A stretch of DNA of 64,000 bases from Octopus vulgaris (taxonomy: Eukaryota). Position numbers and translations under genes: made by a program. The notes under the pieces are model-generated. The model saw only the letters and a list, made by a program, of their open reading frames with translations, did no database searches and was not told the DNA's origin. Within the stretch, counting starts at the first letter, position 1. The number at the start of each line of letters is the position of its first letter. This document shows positions 48,721 to 62,512 of the stretch, piece after piece. Location of the stretch: the NCBI GenBank assembly GCA_951406725.2, contig OX597819.1:124434001-124498000 (forward strand). Reading direction: 5' to 3'.

Positions 48721-49000
48721 ATAGTTGTGGCAGTTGTAGGAGTTGTAATTTTAATATATTTATTACAAATCCACTTGCTAAGGTAGACAAAGCCAAGTGA
48801 CTGATCTTTTGTTACCTGGCAGTCATTGTTACCAAACAGGTGACCTTATTCCTCTTTGTTATGATAAGTGGCTTCTGTGTGTTATCGAAATTGAAAAGCC
48901 AAGGGAAAATAAGCAAACCATCATCATTATCATCATCGTCACCACTACATTATCATCATCATTATCATCATAACACCATTATCCTAATGGTTTTCACAAG

Positions 49001-49385
49001 TTGCTGTGTGGTAAGTAGCTTGCTTACCAACCACGTGGTTCCGGGTTCAGTCCCACTGCGTGGCACCTTGGGCATGTGTCTTCTACTATAGCCTCGGGTC
49101 GACCAAAGCCTTGTGAGTGGATTTGGTAGACGGAAACTGAAAGAAGCCCGTCGTATATATGTATATATAAGCGTATGTGTGTTTGTGTGTCTGTGTTTGT
49201 CCCCCTAGCATTGCTTGACAACCGATGCTGGTGTGTTTACATCGCCGTCACTTAGTGGTTCGGCAAAAGAGACCGATAGAATAAGTACTGGGCTTACAAA
49301 GAATAAGTCCCGGGGTTGATTTGCTCGACTAAAGGCGGTGCTCCAGCATGGCCGCAGTCAAATGACTGAAACAAGTAAAAAAGAG
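49001..49385 (+). mobile_element. CORE-like tRNA SINE
   Basis: Matches 43648. Confidence 0.87.
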
Positions 49386-49559
49386 AGTGTACTAGATTTG
49401 CTTATTTTGAGATTTCCACACACCACTCTGGTCAATAATCTCCAGATGTGTGAATGTTACAAGGCAAATAAAATAAATGAATAGATAATTTTTATTAAAA
49501 TCCTTGCCCCAACTATTTTTGTTTGCTTTTGTTACAAACTTAATTTTTATAGAAACTAT

Positions 49560-49777
49560 GCTGCCAGCCTCCCTTGGCACCTGTGCAGGTGGCACGTAAA
49601 AAGCACCCACTACACTCACGGAGTGGTTGGCGTTAGGAAGGGCATCCAGCTGTAGAAACATTGCCAGATCAGATTGAGGCCTGGTGCAGCCTCCTGGCTT
49701 CCCAGACCCCGGTCGAACCATCCAACCCATGCTAGCATGGAAAATGGACGTTAAACGATGATGGTGATGGTGATGAT
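49560..49777 (+). mobile_element. RTE-tail retroposon copy
   Basis: Family match. Confidence 0.85.
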
Positions 49778-50362
49778 ATATATAACATTTTGTATATCAT
49801 GAAAAATGCCATATACTTTAGGAATTTTACTTATAGTTACAATCATTTAATTCTTTTTTTGAATTCCATGTAAGCTCAACCTCAATTAGCAATTTCACTT
49901 TTTATTCCTGAGAAGAAAAAATTTGAATTTTATTAATATTGAAGGCAATATTAATTTAATTTTTTTTTATTTCAGATATTTTATTACAAAAATTACAAAT
50001 AAAATAACTAGTGAAAGAATTATCTCCCTTAGAGCAAAGTGTTATACTCTATACCAGATTGTATAGTTTTTAGTCAACACTATATGTGTAGACAGATGGA
50101 AACACTTCGCCTATTACATAGTCTCATTGTGGACAGAAAAAGTGGGATCATTTAGACTACAATCAATCCTGTATCTGGATTTCATCAGAAACAGAATGAT
50201 CCTATATTATTGTTCACAGAGACACAGCTAATAAACCCACTATTAGTGATGGGCTTAAATAAACTGGATAGACCATTTTTATAGTCTATCCAGTTTAAAT
50301 ACTAAATTGCTGATGATATCCCAAGAGAGGATTGAAACTCATCCAGTTGATCTCTTTTTTTT

Positions 50363-50492
50363 GTCAAGATAGAGCAAGCTTTTGCTCCTTTCCTTGATGT
50401 GTGGTTTCCATCCACGCTGAGCTTGCCTTGGGACACCTGTGTAACCATTTGAGAGACATACTGCCCCAGTCAAACTCCCTGGCTGACACTGT
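50363..50492 (-). pseudogene. Diverged 28S rRNA fragment with an A8 tail (may extend to about 50590)
   Basis: Minus strand ACAGTGTCAG.CAGGGAGTTTGACTGGGGCAGTA...CACAGGTGTCCCAAGGCAAGCTCAG...AAAAGCTTGCT matches the conserved LSU rRNA segment GGGAGTTTGACTGGGGCGGTAC...CGCAGGTGTCCTAAGGCGAGCTCAG. Confidence 0.8.
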
Positions 50493-50584
50493 TATCAGCT
50501 AAGGGTCATGCATTGGGTCCATTGGTGCCCGCAAAGCACTTGACATGCACCGTGGTATTGGAGCTGCCTTAAAACATTGAAATG

Positions 50585-50805
50585 CCGGCATCCGTTGTTA
50601 GTTGTCGGAGCACTGCATCCTTCAAAACTTCCATGCTTCCTGAGATTCGCCAACACCACACCTGAGTTTCTCCCCTCCATACACACACAAGCATGTATCT
50701 GACTCATGCATTGTTCGCTTTCCAGACATTTGTACATTACTGCATATACTCTGACAAGTTGTGGTGCACCTGAGCACTGTATACAAGAATTTCATTATTA
50801 TTATT
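50585..50805 (+). mobile_element. CR1-type LINE 3' end
   Basis: Matches 11505-11746. Confidence 0.85.
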
Positions 50806-51519
50806 TTTTATTTATTCTCTCCAATGCCGCTCTGAATACTACATCATTTGCGCAATGTGGAGAGTATACCACACTATGGCCCAAATGATCTTAACATCAA
50901 ATTCAGAATTCATCTAAGAGATGCACCCCATACAGTGCATCTCTTACACAATTCAGACTTCCTTACACAAATACACTGTAACACAATTACTTTTCCTCAT
51001 CAGGCTCTGATCTATTTAAGATTATCCCAAAACAAATCAAAGAAAAAGATTCCACCCCCTTTCAAATGATATCTGGACAAATTTCTTCAAATGTTACCCA
51101 GGCAAGCCACCGATTCTTCAATACATCACGGCGAACTACTACTTATGTGAATTGACCATGATATCACAAAATCATCATCATCATCATCGTTTAACGTCTG
51201 CTTTCTATGCTAGCATGGGTTGGATGAATGACTGAGGGCTGGCGAACTAGATGGCTGCACCAGGCTCCAATCTTGATCTGGCAGAGTTTCTACAGCTGGA
51301 TGCCTTTCCTAATACCAAACACTCCAAGAATATGACTTAAAAATAACTTAACAGATTCTATCAAGTGGTGCTATTAAATTACACATGGCCTGGGCCAATT
51401 TTTTGCTGAAATGTAAGCATATAACTTAGATATGTTTCAAACAAAATTTGGCCTGCTCACCTGCCCACCATACATGAGGCTGATAACATCATCAGACTTG
51501 GAAGGCAGCTCCTTGAGCA

Positions 51520-52000
51520 GCATTCCTTGTCTGATGACTTTAAATGCATGCTCAAAGAAGTCACGCAACTCTACTGCAACAAATCATCAGATGAAAGGAT
51601 GAGCATGTATGAGCAGAAGACCATGCATGGATATATGTTAGTAGAAAGCTCCGAGAGGATAGTGACATTGATCATCAAAGCAGTCTGTCATGGACCAACA
51701 ACCAGACTACTATTTCTCACTTTGAAGGGTATTTGTTTGCAATCCTTGAACAGGAAATATCAACCAAATACCTGATGCACAAAAGGGACAGAGATTCGGG
51801 AAAAGCAGCAAAATGTGACAACCACTGCAGACTTTGTGGAGTTAACACTGAAGATATCACCTGCATCATAAGCAGTTGTCTGAAAATGTCATCAACCGAT
51901 GAAACATTATATTGTAGCTAGGACACTGTATGATGAGATCTGTCAAAAGAATAACTCAGAGAACCCACAGTATGGTGGAGGTCAAAGTCACTCATAATAA
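51520..52000 (+). mobile_element. Decayed R4/Dong-like fragment
   Basis: FEGYLFAILEQEISTKY..CRLCGVNTEDITCIISSC. Confidence 0.65.
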
Positions 52001-52085
52001 TGGACTGGACTGAACAGTTCAGTTCATGCACTCACATACATTCACAATCTTTGTACAGTGTCTCATAAGAACTTTCCTCTTGTTA

Positions 52086-52300
52086 AAGGTTGCGAGCTGG
52101 CAGAATCGTTAGCGCGCCGGGCGAAATGCTTAGCAGTATTTCGTCTGTTGTTATGTTCTGAGTTCAAATTCCGCCGAGGTCGACTTTGCCTTTCATCCTT
52201 TCGGGGTTGATAAATAAAGTACCAGTTTCGCACTGGGGTCGATGTAATCGACTTAATCCCTTTGTCTGTCCCCTTTATGTTTAGCCTCTTGTGGGCAGTA
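52086..52300 (+). mobile_element. Meta-core SINE
   Basis: Family match; TSD-like AAGAACTTTCCTCTTGTT on both sides. Confidence 0.87.
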
Positions 52301-52867
52301 AAAAAAAAAAAGAACTTTCCTCTTGTTGGGAATTTTTTTCTTGAGCACAACTATCTTCCTCTCTGGGACAAGTTTGTAGCACTTTGGACATGATTTGTTT
52401 AAGTTTCAAGTGAATAACATGTGTGGGGAGACATTCTGTTTGAAGGACTCTTTCTGAATTAATTTCCAATTTGCTTTATGGAAATTCAGACTGGATGTTT
52501 CTTATATGTGTCTGTGTTTTCCTTTGGTCTGTACATGATCACTGTAGTATATTATGATCCAAGTGTCACTTTTACCATATTATTTGTGAAGCTGAGATCC
52601 TGTATAGATTAGCTGGAGTGCTATATGTTCAATGAATAATATGTTGGTGTGATTGAGAGCAGGGACTCCACCTGTTTGTGTCACATCATTCCAGCAAGAG
52701 AAAGACCCTCAGGCCATCCCATGCTGGATAAGTTGAATTCTCTTATAAGAAGTACATTGATGTGTTATTCTAATTTGATTAGAACTTCTATTTTGGTGAG
52801 GCCATCTTCAAACATGTTTGTTTGATTTGGAGCATCTGGTGACTAATATGTAATTTATATAATTATA

Positions 52868-53088
52868 AGGCGGCGAGCTGGCAGAAACGTTAGCACGCCG
52901 GGTGAAATACATAGCCGTATTTCGTCTGCCGTTACGTTCTGGGTTCAAATTCCGCCGAGGTCGACTTCGCCTTTCGTCCTTTCAGGGTCGATAAATTAAG
53001 TATCAGTTACGCACTGGGGTCGATGTAATCGACTTAATCCGTTTCTCTGTCCGTCTGTGTTTAGCCCCTTGTGGGTAGTAAAGAAATA
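52868..53088 (+). mobile_element. Meta-core SINE
   Basis: Family match; flanking repeat tatataattata. Confidence 0.87.
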
Positions 53089-53122
53089 TATATAATTATA
53101 TCAAGTTGCCTTATATATACAA

Positions 53123-53518
53123 CTAGCAGTATCACCCGGCGTTGCTTGGGTTTGTAAGGGAAATAACTATATAAGCATTTTAAAGATGTAAAGTATAATA
53201 GCCATCTCAATATGGCTAACCACAAAGGGGGGGTGTTACTGTAGCTTTTTACGTTCTGAGATTTAATAATAAATTTTTAGAGAGTTTACTTCCCTTATAT
53301 AATAGCAAAGAAATGCATTTAAAATGGGAAAAAATGATGGTAAATTTTTTTAAAAATCGTAGACTCATCGTAGACGCGCACTAATACCCAGAAGGGCTCG
53401 ATATGAATCACGACTATAAGATACCCGCTTTTGGTTACACTGCACCACAAAATGTGGGAGTAGTTAGGAATCTAAATCGTTGGAGACAGACACACAACTT
53501 CACATTTATATATAAAGA
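53123..53518 (-). mobile_element. Non-autonomous Helitron
   Basis: Minus strand A|TCTTTATATATAAA...(GTCT)...ACCCAAGCAACGCCGGGT hairpin...CTAG|T. Confidence 0.78.
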
Positions 53519-54189
53519 TTAGTGTGTCACATATTGAGTTTGAGTATGACAACAGGGCCTGGAGCATAAGCTTTTCATGGATATACATTGCATCTCCACC
53601 ATGATTCCTTTTTTCTGTAAGTTCTTAATACAAAATTCTTTGGCAAGCAGGCCTTAGATGTATTTCAGTGAGTGCTATGCATAGGAAGAACATTTTGATT
53701 CCATGTATTACTTAATAGCAGTTTGCTGATGAGCGAGTTTTGCTCTGAAAGCCTATGAAATTTTAAGTTGCATACAGTCAAATCAAACAGTTATCAACTC
53801 CTATTAATTGTGTTCAACATCACTTATATTGTCCACTCACTTATAGATATAAAGTTATATATATATAGATACATTTTAATATTTGCTTGCATATATATAT
53901 ATATATATATATATATAAATGGATGAATGAATTATCCTTTGTTCAGCGTTAACATGAAAAATTACTAACGGTTTTTTAAAAAAATACTTTATAGCATTCT
54001 GTTTATCATTTATGCAGTCATCAAAATTGTTATAATGTCTTGTTGTTGAGATAGGCTCTCTTTCTTTCCTGATGAGAAGATTGCATTTTACACTGTTTAT
54101 TCCTTTGGAATAAAACCAATGTTGTCTTTGAAACATATGTCGAAAGTAAAAGAATTTGAATAGCATCTGTGTTCAACTCCATTTATTTA

Positions 54190-54239
<50 letters not shown>

Positions 54240-54242
<3 letters not shown>

Positions 54243-55330
54243 GGAATAAAAAAACAAAATACAAAGACGTGTATAAACAACAAACAGGTGTGTTAGTTTA
54301 ATGCTTGGGAAGGTGAGAAAGTCTTTTATGTTTCAAGCCTATGCTCTTCAACAGAAAGGAACATGAGAAAATAAACAGAGAGAGAATAAAAAAGGCTTTA
54401 GTGGCTAATGGTCAATCATGGCAATGGCTTGATGGAGGTGGTTAGACAGGAGAGCTAAGAAAAAGGGAGATAATAAAGTAGTGGTAATCCCAAAACGAAG
54501 GTGCACATGTGAGAGCATATAAGTGTGGATTGGGGTTGGTGACCTTGATGTGTGGGTGTGTGGACGATAGTGTGGGTGCTGGGAAGTGGTCAGTGCTAGT
54601 GTGTGCTGGGTGGTGTGATGTGGTGTGGTGGTGGTTGTGTGGTGTGGTGGTGTTGGGGTGTGGCAGATGCGAGAGTGGGGAAATGCAAGGGTGGGATGTG
54701 TGTGTGGGGATAGGTGTAGGGTATGTGAGAGTGGGGTGTATGGGGGTGGGGTATGTGGGAGTGGGATGGGTGGGGTGTGGATGGAGGGGGTAATGATGAA
54801 GGGGGTAACGATGAAGGGAGAAGGTGGGTAAGAGTGGAGAGAGGTAGTAGGTGTTAGGGCAAGAGAGGAGAGGTGGGTGAGAGTGAAGAGAGGAAGAGAG
54901 GAGAATCAGATGAAGAGGGGAGGGGAGTCAGATGAAGAGGAGAGGAGAGTTGAGCCCATGTGATGCAAAGGAGTGAAGAGAGAAGATTAATTCCTGTTCA
55001 TGGTGAAGGCGGGAGTCAAGACGATCCCTGTGCAAGGACAATCTGAACACAGTCAGGTGTTGTAATGAATGACCGGTAGAGCGGAATGGTGCTGAGTCTG
55101 ATGTCTTGGAGGAGTTCCACAAAGTGGTCAGCCAAGCAGTGTCCCGTTTGACCGATGTATAGAGAACAGAAAGAGCAGGGGATGCAGTAAATGATGTTGC
55201 TAGAAGTGCAGGTGAAGGAGCCAGTGATATGATGGGGATGATGACGGGTGCCTGTGAGGTTGGTGGCACATGCATCATGGCCATATGTGCATGGCATAAT
55301 GATATCATATCAAGATAAACAGCACATGAC
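54240..55330 (-). mobile_element. Penelope-like element 3' portion (GIY-YIG fragment, pyrimidine-rich spacer, terminal repeat) ending at (TA)n
   Basis: GSFTCTSSNIIYCIPCSFCSLYIGQTG; 54240-54422 is the reverse complement of 4985-5172. Confidence 0.8.
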
Positions 55331-55889
55331 CTGGCAGGTGGGGCCCAGTTAGAATTTTCTTCATGTTGAATAGCCCAGCCCACTGAAAAGGTCGCTGAAT
55401 AAGGGCTGTTGAACAAAACACCCATGTTTCAAACCCCAAAGAATTCCTCTCAAAATATGGCTATGATTCTCCCCTACTACTCTGCTCATGACCAGAGATG
55501 CACATATTGTCAACGACCAAGCGACATGCTCTATTGGTTAAGGTCAAACAAGTGACAAGCAAATCTGTGGTATTGAGCAGAATATTTGCTGTAGCCCATC
55601 TTTTATACCAAGACCAAACATGTACATGATAACACTTCCAATCAGTTAAGATCAGAAGCCATGAGAGCCAGTGCCTGCTACTATGCCCATATATGTAAAA
55701 TGGACTGTTTTCAGTTTCTTGCTACTAAACCCATTCACAAGGCTTTGGTCAGCCCATGACTATAGTAGAAGAGATTTGCCATAGGTGCCATGCAGTGGAA
55801 CTGAACCTGAATCCGTGTGGTGGGGGAAGCAAACTTCTTAACTACACATCTACACCTGAAGCTACTCTCTTTCTCATATATAACACATA

Positions 55890-58495
55890 TATCATCATCA
55901 TCATCCAGTGCTTTAAATCTGGGCTTTGTCCCTGTTAATGGAGGTGGTCAGATCTACCTCAGTGCCATAGAAACTACCCTCACACCATCTTGCCTGGTTT
56001 TGTGTGTCCTCCTTTTTCAAACCAACCCTCTCAGTCTCTTCCTCCACCTATCCCCTCTACCTTTTCTTCAGTTTACCTTGCTTTCATGCTCCATTTACCT
56101 CAAATGCAATCACCCTCCCTCCCCAGAACATGCTTCTTCTTCCCTCCTCAACACATGCCCAAACCACTTCACTCCATTTGCCCTTGCCAACCTTTCCACC
56201 AATTCCTCCAACCCAAGCATTCCCATCAAATCCTCAGTCCTCCCCTTATCAAACAACTTCCCTCCACACATTTCTCTCACCACTGCTCTCTCAGTCCTTC
56301 TCAAAATTACCATCTTTCTCCCCCTCAGACACCATGTCTCACTCCCATACAGCATTGCAGCTCTCACACAACTCTTAGGGACCCTTCCTTTCATCTTCAA
56401 TGAGAACCTTTTCCCATATAACAACACCCCACATTCCCTGAACTTCACCCAGCTAAGTCTTGCTCTTGCTGTCACACCTTCTTCACATCCACCTCTTACA
56501 TCTTCCCTGTCTCCCAAATAACAAAACCCTCTCACCGTTTCCACCTCGTCACATAGCGTTTCCACTGGTTCCACCAGCCCTCCAGCTCCTTTCTCATATC
56601 TTCCACAATCAAACTCTGTCGCCAGTCTTGGGGTTACCTTCTTCATTTTTGTACATCTACCATGAATCCATTTCTCACATTTCATACACAACACCACATT
56701 TGCCATTACCCTCCTCTCACATACACCACATGGACCCACCTTACTCACCATTACTTTTGTCTTCTTGAGGTTTACCTTCAAACCCTTGCTTTCAAACGCC
56801 TCCTTCCATTACCAAAACTTCTCCCTCAATCCCTCCATCGTCTCACTCATCAGAACAAGGTCATCCGCATACAGCATCTCCATTATCATCAATCCCTCTC
56901 TTGCACTCTCCATCACCACATCAACCACTATTGCTACAATGGCAACAACACAGGTCCCTGATGCAGAACAACTTTCACCACAAACTCCTCCGACAGCTCT
57001 GATCCAATTCTAACTCTTGTCTTTACCCCCTCATACAAACTCATCACTGCCCTCACTATTACCTCTAGTACACCTCTTTTCCTCAATGCCCACTCAATCA
57101 CCTTCCTTGGAACCCTATCAAATGCCTTCTCAGATCAACGAAGCACATGTACAACTCCTTCTCCTTATCTCAGTATTCCTCTTGCAATCTCCTTACAATG
57201 AACACTGCATCTATTGTCCCCTTCCTGGCATAAAACCAAATTGTATCTCATCTACATTCACCCCTTTCTGAATTTTCTTCTCCAACACCCTTTCCGCTAT
57301 CTTCATTGCATGCTCCAATAACTTCACTCCCCTATATGTCCCACAGCTCATCACACCTCCCTTCCCCTTGAAGATCGGTACCACCACACTTAGTACCCAA
57401 TCCCCTGGCATTCCTCTTCCACCCACCACACCCTGGCAGAGCTCCATCATCACAACAATCCCTATCTCTCCTCTTGCAGTAACATTTCCACATTTACTTC
57501 TGATGGACCCCCTCTTTCCCATTTTCATTTCCTTGATTGCCTCTACTACTTCTTCCTGACTAACCCTCTCCACTGACCCCTCCACTACAACTTCCACCCT
57601 CTGATCCCATTCATTTTCCTCATTCATAATTCCCTCCATATGCTCCTTCCAAACTCTTCCCCTGTCCTTCTCACTAAAATTCAACCTTCCATCACTCCCC
57701 CTCATGCACCTTCCTCCTTCAACATCTCTTCCATCTTTTTTCATTGATTTAATAAACCTAAACACTCTACCTGGGTTCTCATCCAGCCCACTCAACCTCT
57801 CCTCAGCCTCCTTCATCATAGATCTCACAACCACCCCCTTTGCATGATTCTTCATGTTATTATACCTCAGTCCTATTATTACACAAAGCCTTAGCCTCCT
57901 TCTTCCTCACTATCGCATCCCTCACCTCCTTGCACCACATATCTCCTCAATCTCTCCTACCTTTCGTCCTTCCTCACACTTCATCACATGCCTTCAGTAC
58001 CCCTTCTTTAAAGTACTTCCACAAATCCGGTGCATCAATGCTTACCAACTCCTCAAACCTTGCTCTTGTTTCTTCTTCCTTCAGTTTGCACACTTTTCTC
58101 CTCTCAACCGTTTCCCCTCTCACACACTTTTTAACTTTCCTCTTATCCAAGTCAGCAACCACCAACCAGTACTGCAACTCCCCTGGTATTGTCTTCACAT
58201 CTCAGATACTTTCTGTTTTTCCTGTCAAGCAACATGAAATCAATCTCTGTCTCATTCCCTCCTGCACTGAAAGTCATCTTCCTTTTCTCTGTTTTCTTAA
58301 ACCATGTGTTTGCCACAAAACTTTCTCATCACAAAACTCCAACAGCATAATTCCTTCAACGTCTCTCTCCCTATTTCCGTTTCCCCCATGCACACCCTCA
58401 AAACCTCTTTCTCAGCGATCCCTCTTCCACTTTGTGGACCATACCCACAAATCACCCTCACCACTTCTTCCCCAAATGCTAACACTATAACACAT
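55890..58495 (-). mobile_element. RTE-clade LINE, about 2.6 kb, decayed (APE end, RT, C-terminus, (ATG)n tail)
   Basis: VICGYGPQ, VVPIFKGKG..YRGVKLLEHAMKI..QFGFMPGR, LYADDLVL, MLYGSETW, KWFGHVLRR. Confidence 0.92.
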
Positions 58496-58513
58496 CACAC
58501 ACAGACACTTACA

Positions 58514-58877
58514 TCTCTCTATATATAAATGGCAAAATGTCTGTGTGTGTGTCTTTTATACAAATCCACAATTTTTCAGTTAGAGGGCTCGCACTTTCTA
58601 TGGTCATTCAAAACCGTCCAAGGGTGGTCGTACACATCTTTACATTTCCCCAGTCACCCCGCAAAGCCATTAAAAAATCAATAGAAGTGACTTTTTTGTG
58701 AATTTTCTATCCAAAACCCAATCAAAATGCCCGAAACTTGATACGCCAATTGAATGTCAGCTAGCTGTGTGTGATTGACCGGAGATTTGGACAGTACTCG
58801 CGTGTATGTGCGCACGCACGCAGCTATATATGCATGCACAAGCACTATGACCCGGCATTGCCAGGTCATAGTACTAG
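58514..58877 (+). mobile_element. Non-autonomous Helitron
   Basis: A|TCTCTCTATATATAAA start, (TG)n, subterminal hairpin ACTATGACCCGGCA/TGCCAGGTCATAGT, CTAG|T end. Confidence 0.8.
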
Positions 58878-59307
58878 TATATATATATTTTCCCAAATAT
58901 GTCATCATCATGTTTAAAACTTTTTTCCATATCTTTTAAACTTTACTTGTTTGAGTCATTGGAATGCGACCATGTTTAGGGACTGCCTTGAAGGGTTTAA
59001 TCAAACAAATTGACATCACTACATATTATTAAGCCCGGTGCTTATTCTATTAGTGTCTTTTGCTGAACTGCTAAGTTGACAGGACGTAAACAAACCAACA
59101 GCGGTTGTCAACCTAAGATCACATGTTCCACTGCAAGACATTTTGAGCAAATGTTTTTTATTCAGCAGATGGAAACTGTGTATGTGGGTATGAGTGTTTA
59201 TGTTGTGTTTGTCCCACCCCCACCACTTGATAAACGGCATTGGTTTGTTTTCGTCACCGTATCTTAGCAGTTTGGCAAAAGACACCGATAGAAAGAGCAC
59301 CAAACTT

Positions 59308-59716
59308 GGATCTCTTCGGTTTGAACGGCATTCTTTTCTAGCGGTGTCATATGAAATTGTCACCCATAATTATGACCCTAGTATCGATTTATTGCATTTC
59401 AATCTGTTTTAGGGTTAGGGGTGGGGGAAGGATATCTTTTTTTTCTTCAGAAATGTAAATAAACACAATCTGTTTCTTAAACGAGGGACATATTCATACG
59501 GCACAGAATGTTTTCACCTCAATAGACGTCATTGATTGGTTGAAATTGCAGAAATTGAAGAAAAAACAACAAATATGTTACAAACTATAGAATTTTCTCA
59601 TTAAAGCCAAGAGAAAAAGATGTTTTATAAACACATTCTACCAGAATACGAAGTTTAAAAGTGTTTAGTTACGTGGAAATTATTTTAAAAAACTGGCGGT
59701 CAAACCGAAAAGATCC
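59308..59716. mobile_element. MITE with GGATC TIRs, copy 2, inserted into an older SINE
   Basis: Perfect 8-bp TSD CCAAACTT (59300-59307, 59717-59724). Confidence 0.9.
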
Positions 59717-59954
59717 CCAAACTTTAAAAAAAAGAGTACTGGGGTCGATTTATTTGACTTAACCCTTGAATGAAGTGCTCCAGCATGGCCGCAGTCCAAT
59801 GATAAATGATTAAAAGGTAAAAGTATATGTATAGAAACCCTTCTCTCTCTCTACATATATTTATATTTGTCCCTACACTCATGTGCCTGGAGGCACAATA
59901 TATTAATGTGTTGGGTGTCGCATCACATTTCTAAGTATCCATATTCTCTTATTT

Positions 59955-60303
59955 CCTTTACTTGTTTCAGTCATTTGACTGCAGCCATACTGGAGCACTG
60001 CCTTTAGTCGAGCAAATCAACCCCAGGATTTATTCTTTGTAAGCCTAGTACTTATTCTATCGTTCTCTTTTGCTGAACCGTTAATTTACAGGGACGTAAA
60101 CGGTTGTCAAGCGATGTTGGGGGTGGTGGTCAAAAAGACACACGATGGGCTTCTTTCAGTTTCCGTCTACCAAATCCACTCACAAGGCTTTGGTTCACCT
60201 GAGACTATAGTACAAGACACTTGTCCAAGGTGCCACGCAGTGGGACTGAACCCAGAACCATGTGGTTGATAAGCAAGCTACTTACTACACAGCCACTCCT
60301 GCA
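59955..60303 (-). mobile_element. CORE-like tRNA SINE
   Basis: Reverse complement of the 43648 family. Confidence 0.85.
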
Positions 60304-60319
60304 CCTATATATATAAAAA

Positions 60320-60542
60320 AGGCGGCGAGCTGGCAGAACCGTTAGCACGCCGGGCGAAATGCGTAGCCGTATTTCGTCTGCCGTTACGTTCTGAGTTCAA
60401 ATTCCGCCGAGGTCGACTTTGCCTTTCATCCTTCCGGGGTCGATAAATTAAGTACCAGTTACGCACTGGGGTCGATGTAATCGACTTAATACCTATGTCT
60501 GTCCTTGTTTGTCTCCTCTGTGTTTAGCCCCTTGTGGGTAGT

Positions 60543-60545
<3 letters not shown>
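60320..60545 (+). mobile_element. Meta-core SINE followed by (TA)n
   Basis: Family match. Confidence 0.88.
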
Positions 60546-60598
<53 letters not shown>

Positions 60599-61894
60599 TC
60601 TATTATATTTGAAGTATAGTGGGAGAGAATTTATTTTTGGCTTTTGAAATTTTCATTCACATTTACACATGTAAATAATTATACCGGGAAGTTAACGTAA
60701 ATGTAATCACATATGGAGTGGAGGTTTTTCAGCGTAAATTTTTTTGCCATTGTGTGTTAAGTGTGTGCGTCTGGAATCGTTAACATGTGTGTGTCTAGGT
60801 ATGTGACTGCACGATTGTATTGAAATACTTTGACTACGATACCCCCCCACCTCTCATTTTTGCTACTGTCAAGTCCACTACGGAAGAAAGCCAGGTTTAC
60901 CTCTACACCTCCGTTTTCTTATCCACCATACAATCTGTAGGGAGGCAGACAGACAGGACAGGTAAAGGAATACACATACTCGCAGGTGTAAATACATACC
61001 TGGATAACACGGAACACACAATTCGTGTTAAACTGGGGTCTCAGCTCCTGTTTATTCGCCGGTCACAAAACTATTTCCACCAACGTTTCTTTGTTTACTA
61101 AACAGAGTAAGTACTAAATATTTTAAATATATACATGTATTTTTTTAAACAAGATTGCAGGAATCCTCTTCTTGGGATAAAAAAAAAAAATGACAAAGTC
61201 CCTGTAACCGAAACGTATAAGAGCCCACGAGAAAACCTGGTAAATCCACGAAAATAAAACTTACATATAATCCCAGAAATATGATAAACCATATTAGAAA
61301 ACTCTGAAATATGTTACAAATTAAATACAGTCTCTCCTTAAAATGTAGAAATCTTTAATAAATTCTGAAATTATAATAATTGTTGTTTGGCCCCGGGTCA
61401 GAGTTGATCAAGTAGACGTATGATCAAAAATATACCAACCCCGTCTTTCTTTAATATCCAGAATTGCATTAGCAAATGTTTCCTTTTATTAAAGGTGGTA
61501 GCGTTTTTCGTGGGCGATTTGGCTGCTATTTCCAGCAGGTCGAGCAACCACGTATAAACTCCCTTTGACTCGAAAGAGAAGTCATTGATTTAATGTTTTT
61601 TCTGTTGGGATTATCAAGAGACAAATGCTGACTTCTACCGTTCAGGGGTCTTTCTAGTTGCCTTAATTGACTTTATGTATACTAAAGTATACCTGTATTT
61701 CTTGTACGGGGCCTTCTTCCGCCCCCCCACCCCACTACATAATTAGACATAGGTATGTCATGTGTGTGTGTGTGCGTGCTTGCGTGTATGCGTTGGTGTA
61801 CGTGGTTATTGCTTGACTTGTCTCCCCTTCCTACTTATTGACAAATGAATTACACACACACAGACACACACATATCGGAATACCTACACAAGTG

Positions 61895-62215
61895 GGTACT
61901 ACTAGCGAACAGTGGTCCCGGCGCGCGCACACGCGTAGTCGCGCATCCGCGCAAGCTAGTCGTGACCGGTCGATCCTACAACGACTTACCTAGCAAAGTA
62001 AATAAAACACAAAATAAATAATTTTTTTTTACTCAAAGTAAATAATTTTTGTTAAACAAAGTAAATAAAACACAAAAACACAAAGTAAATAATTTTTTAA
62101 ACTAAGTAAATAAAGCACAAAAACACAAAGTAAGGATCGACTAGTCATGACTAGCTAGCGCGAATACGCGAGTACGCGCGTGCGCGCACCGGGACCATTG
62201 TTCGCTAGTAGTACC
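61895..62215. mobile_element. Merlin-like MITE with ~85-bp CpG-rich TIRs
   Basis: GGTACTACTAGCGAAC...GTTCGCTAGTAGTACC; 8-bp TSD CACAAGTG/CACAGGTG; GGNRM terminus; internal AAAGTAAATAA repeats. Confidence 0.82.
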
Positions 62216-62512
62216 CACAGGTGTACACCCAACCCCAATTTCGTTTCCTCATAACTTCCATAAAAAAAAGAAAACCTATTCTTTCATGGAATTTTCTACA
62301 AAAACGCTTCCGATGGTAGAGATTTCAATTATGTCGATATTTGTAGCCAATTTTTTTTCTTTCCCAGGGCGAGGAGAGGAGTTTCGAAAATTTCACACGA
62401 ACCAGCATTGTTTTCTCATAGATATCAGAAAAATGGGTATTTTTTAAAGAAAATTTCCACCTGAAATACTTTTCAGATCATGTAGATTACGATTTATATT
62501 TTATACCTTTTA

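Noticed and set aside
49950-50060. Strong plus-strand acceptor (TTTTTTTATTTCAG at 49975)
   Set aside because: No open frame or convincing donor follows; such motifs are common in AT-rich DNA.
55817-56521. 234-aa plus-strand ORF
   Set aside because: Antisense shadow of the RTE LINE ORF on the minus strand.
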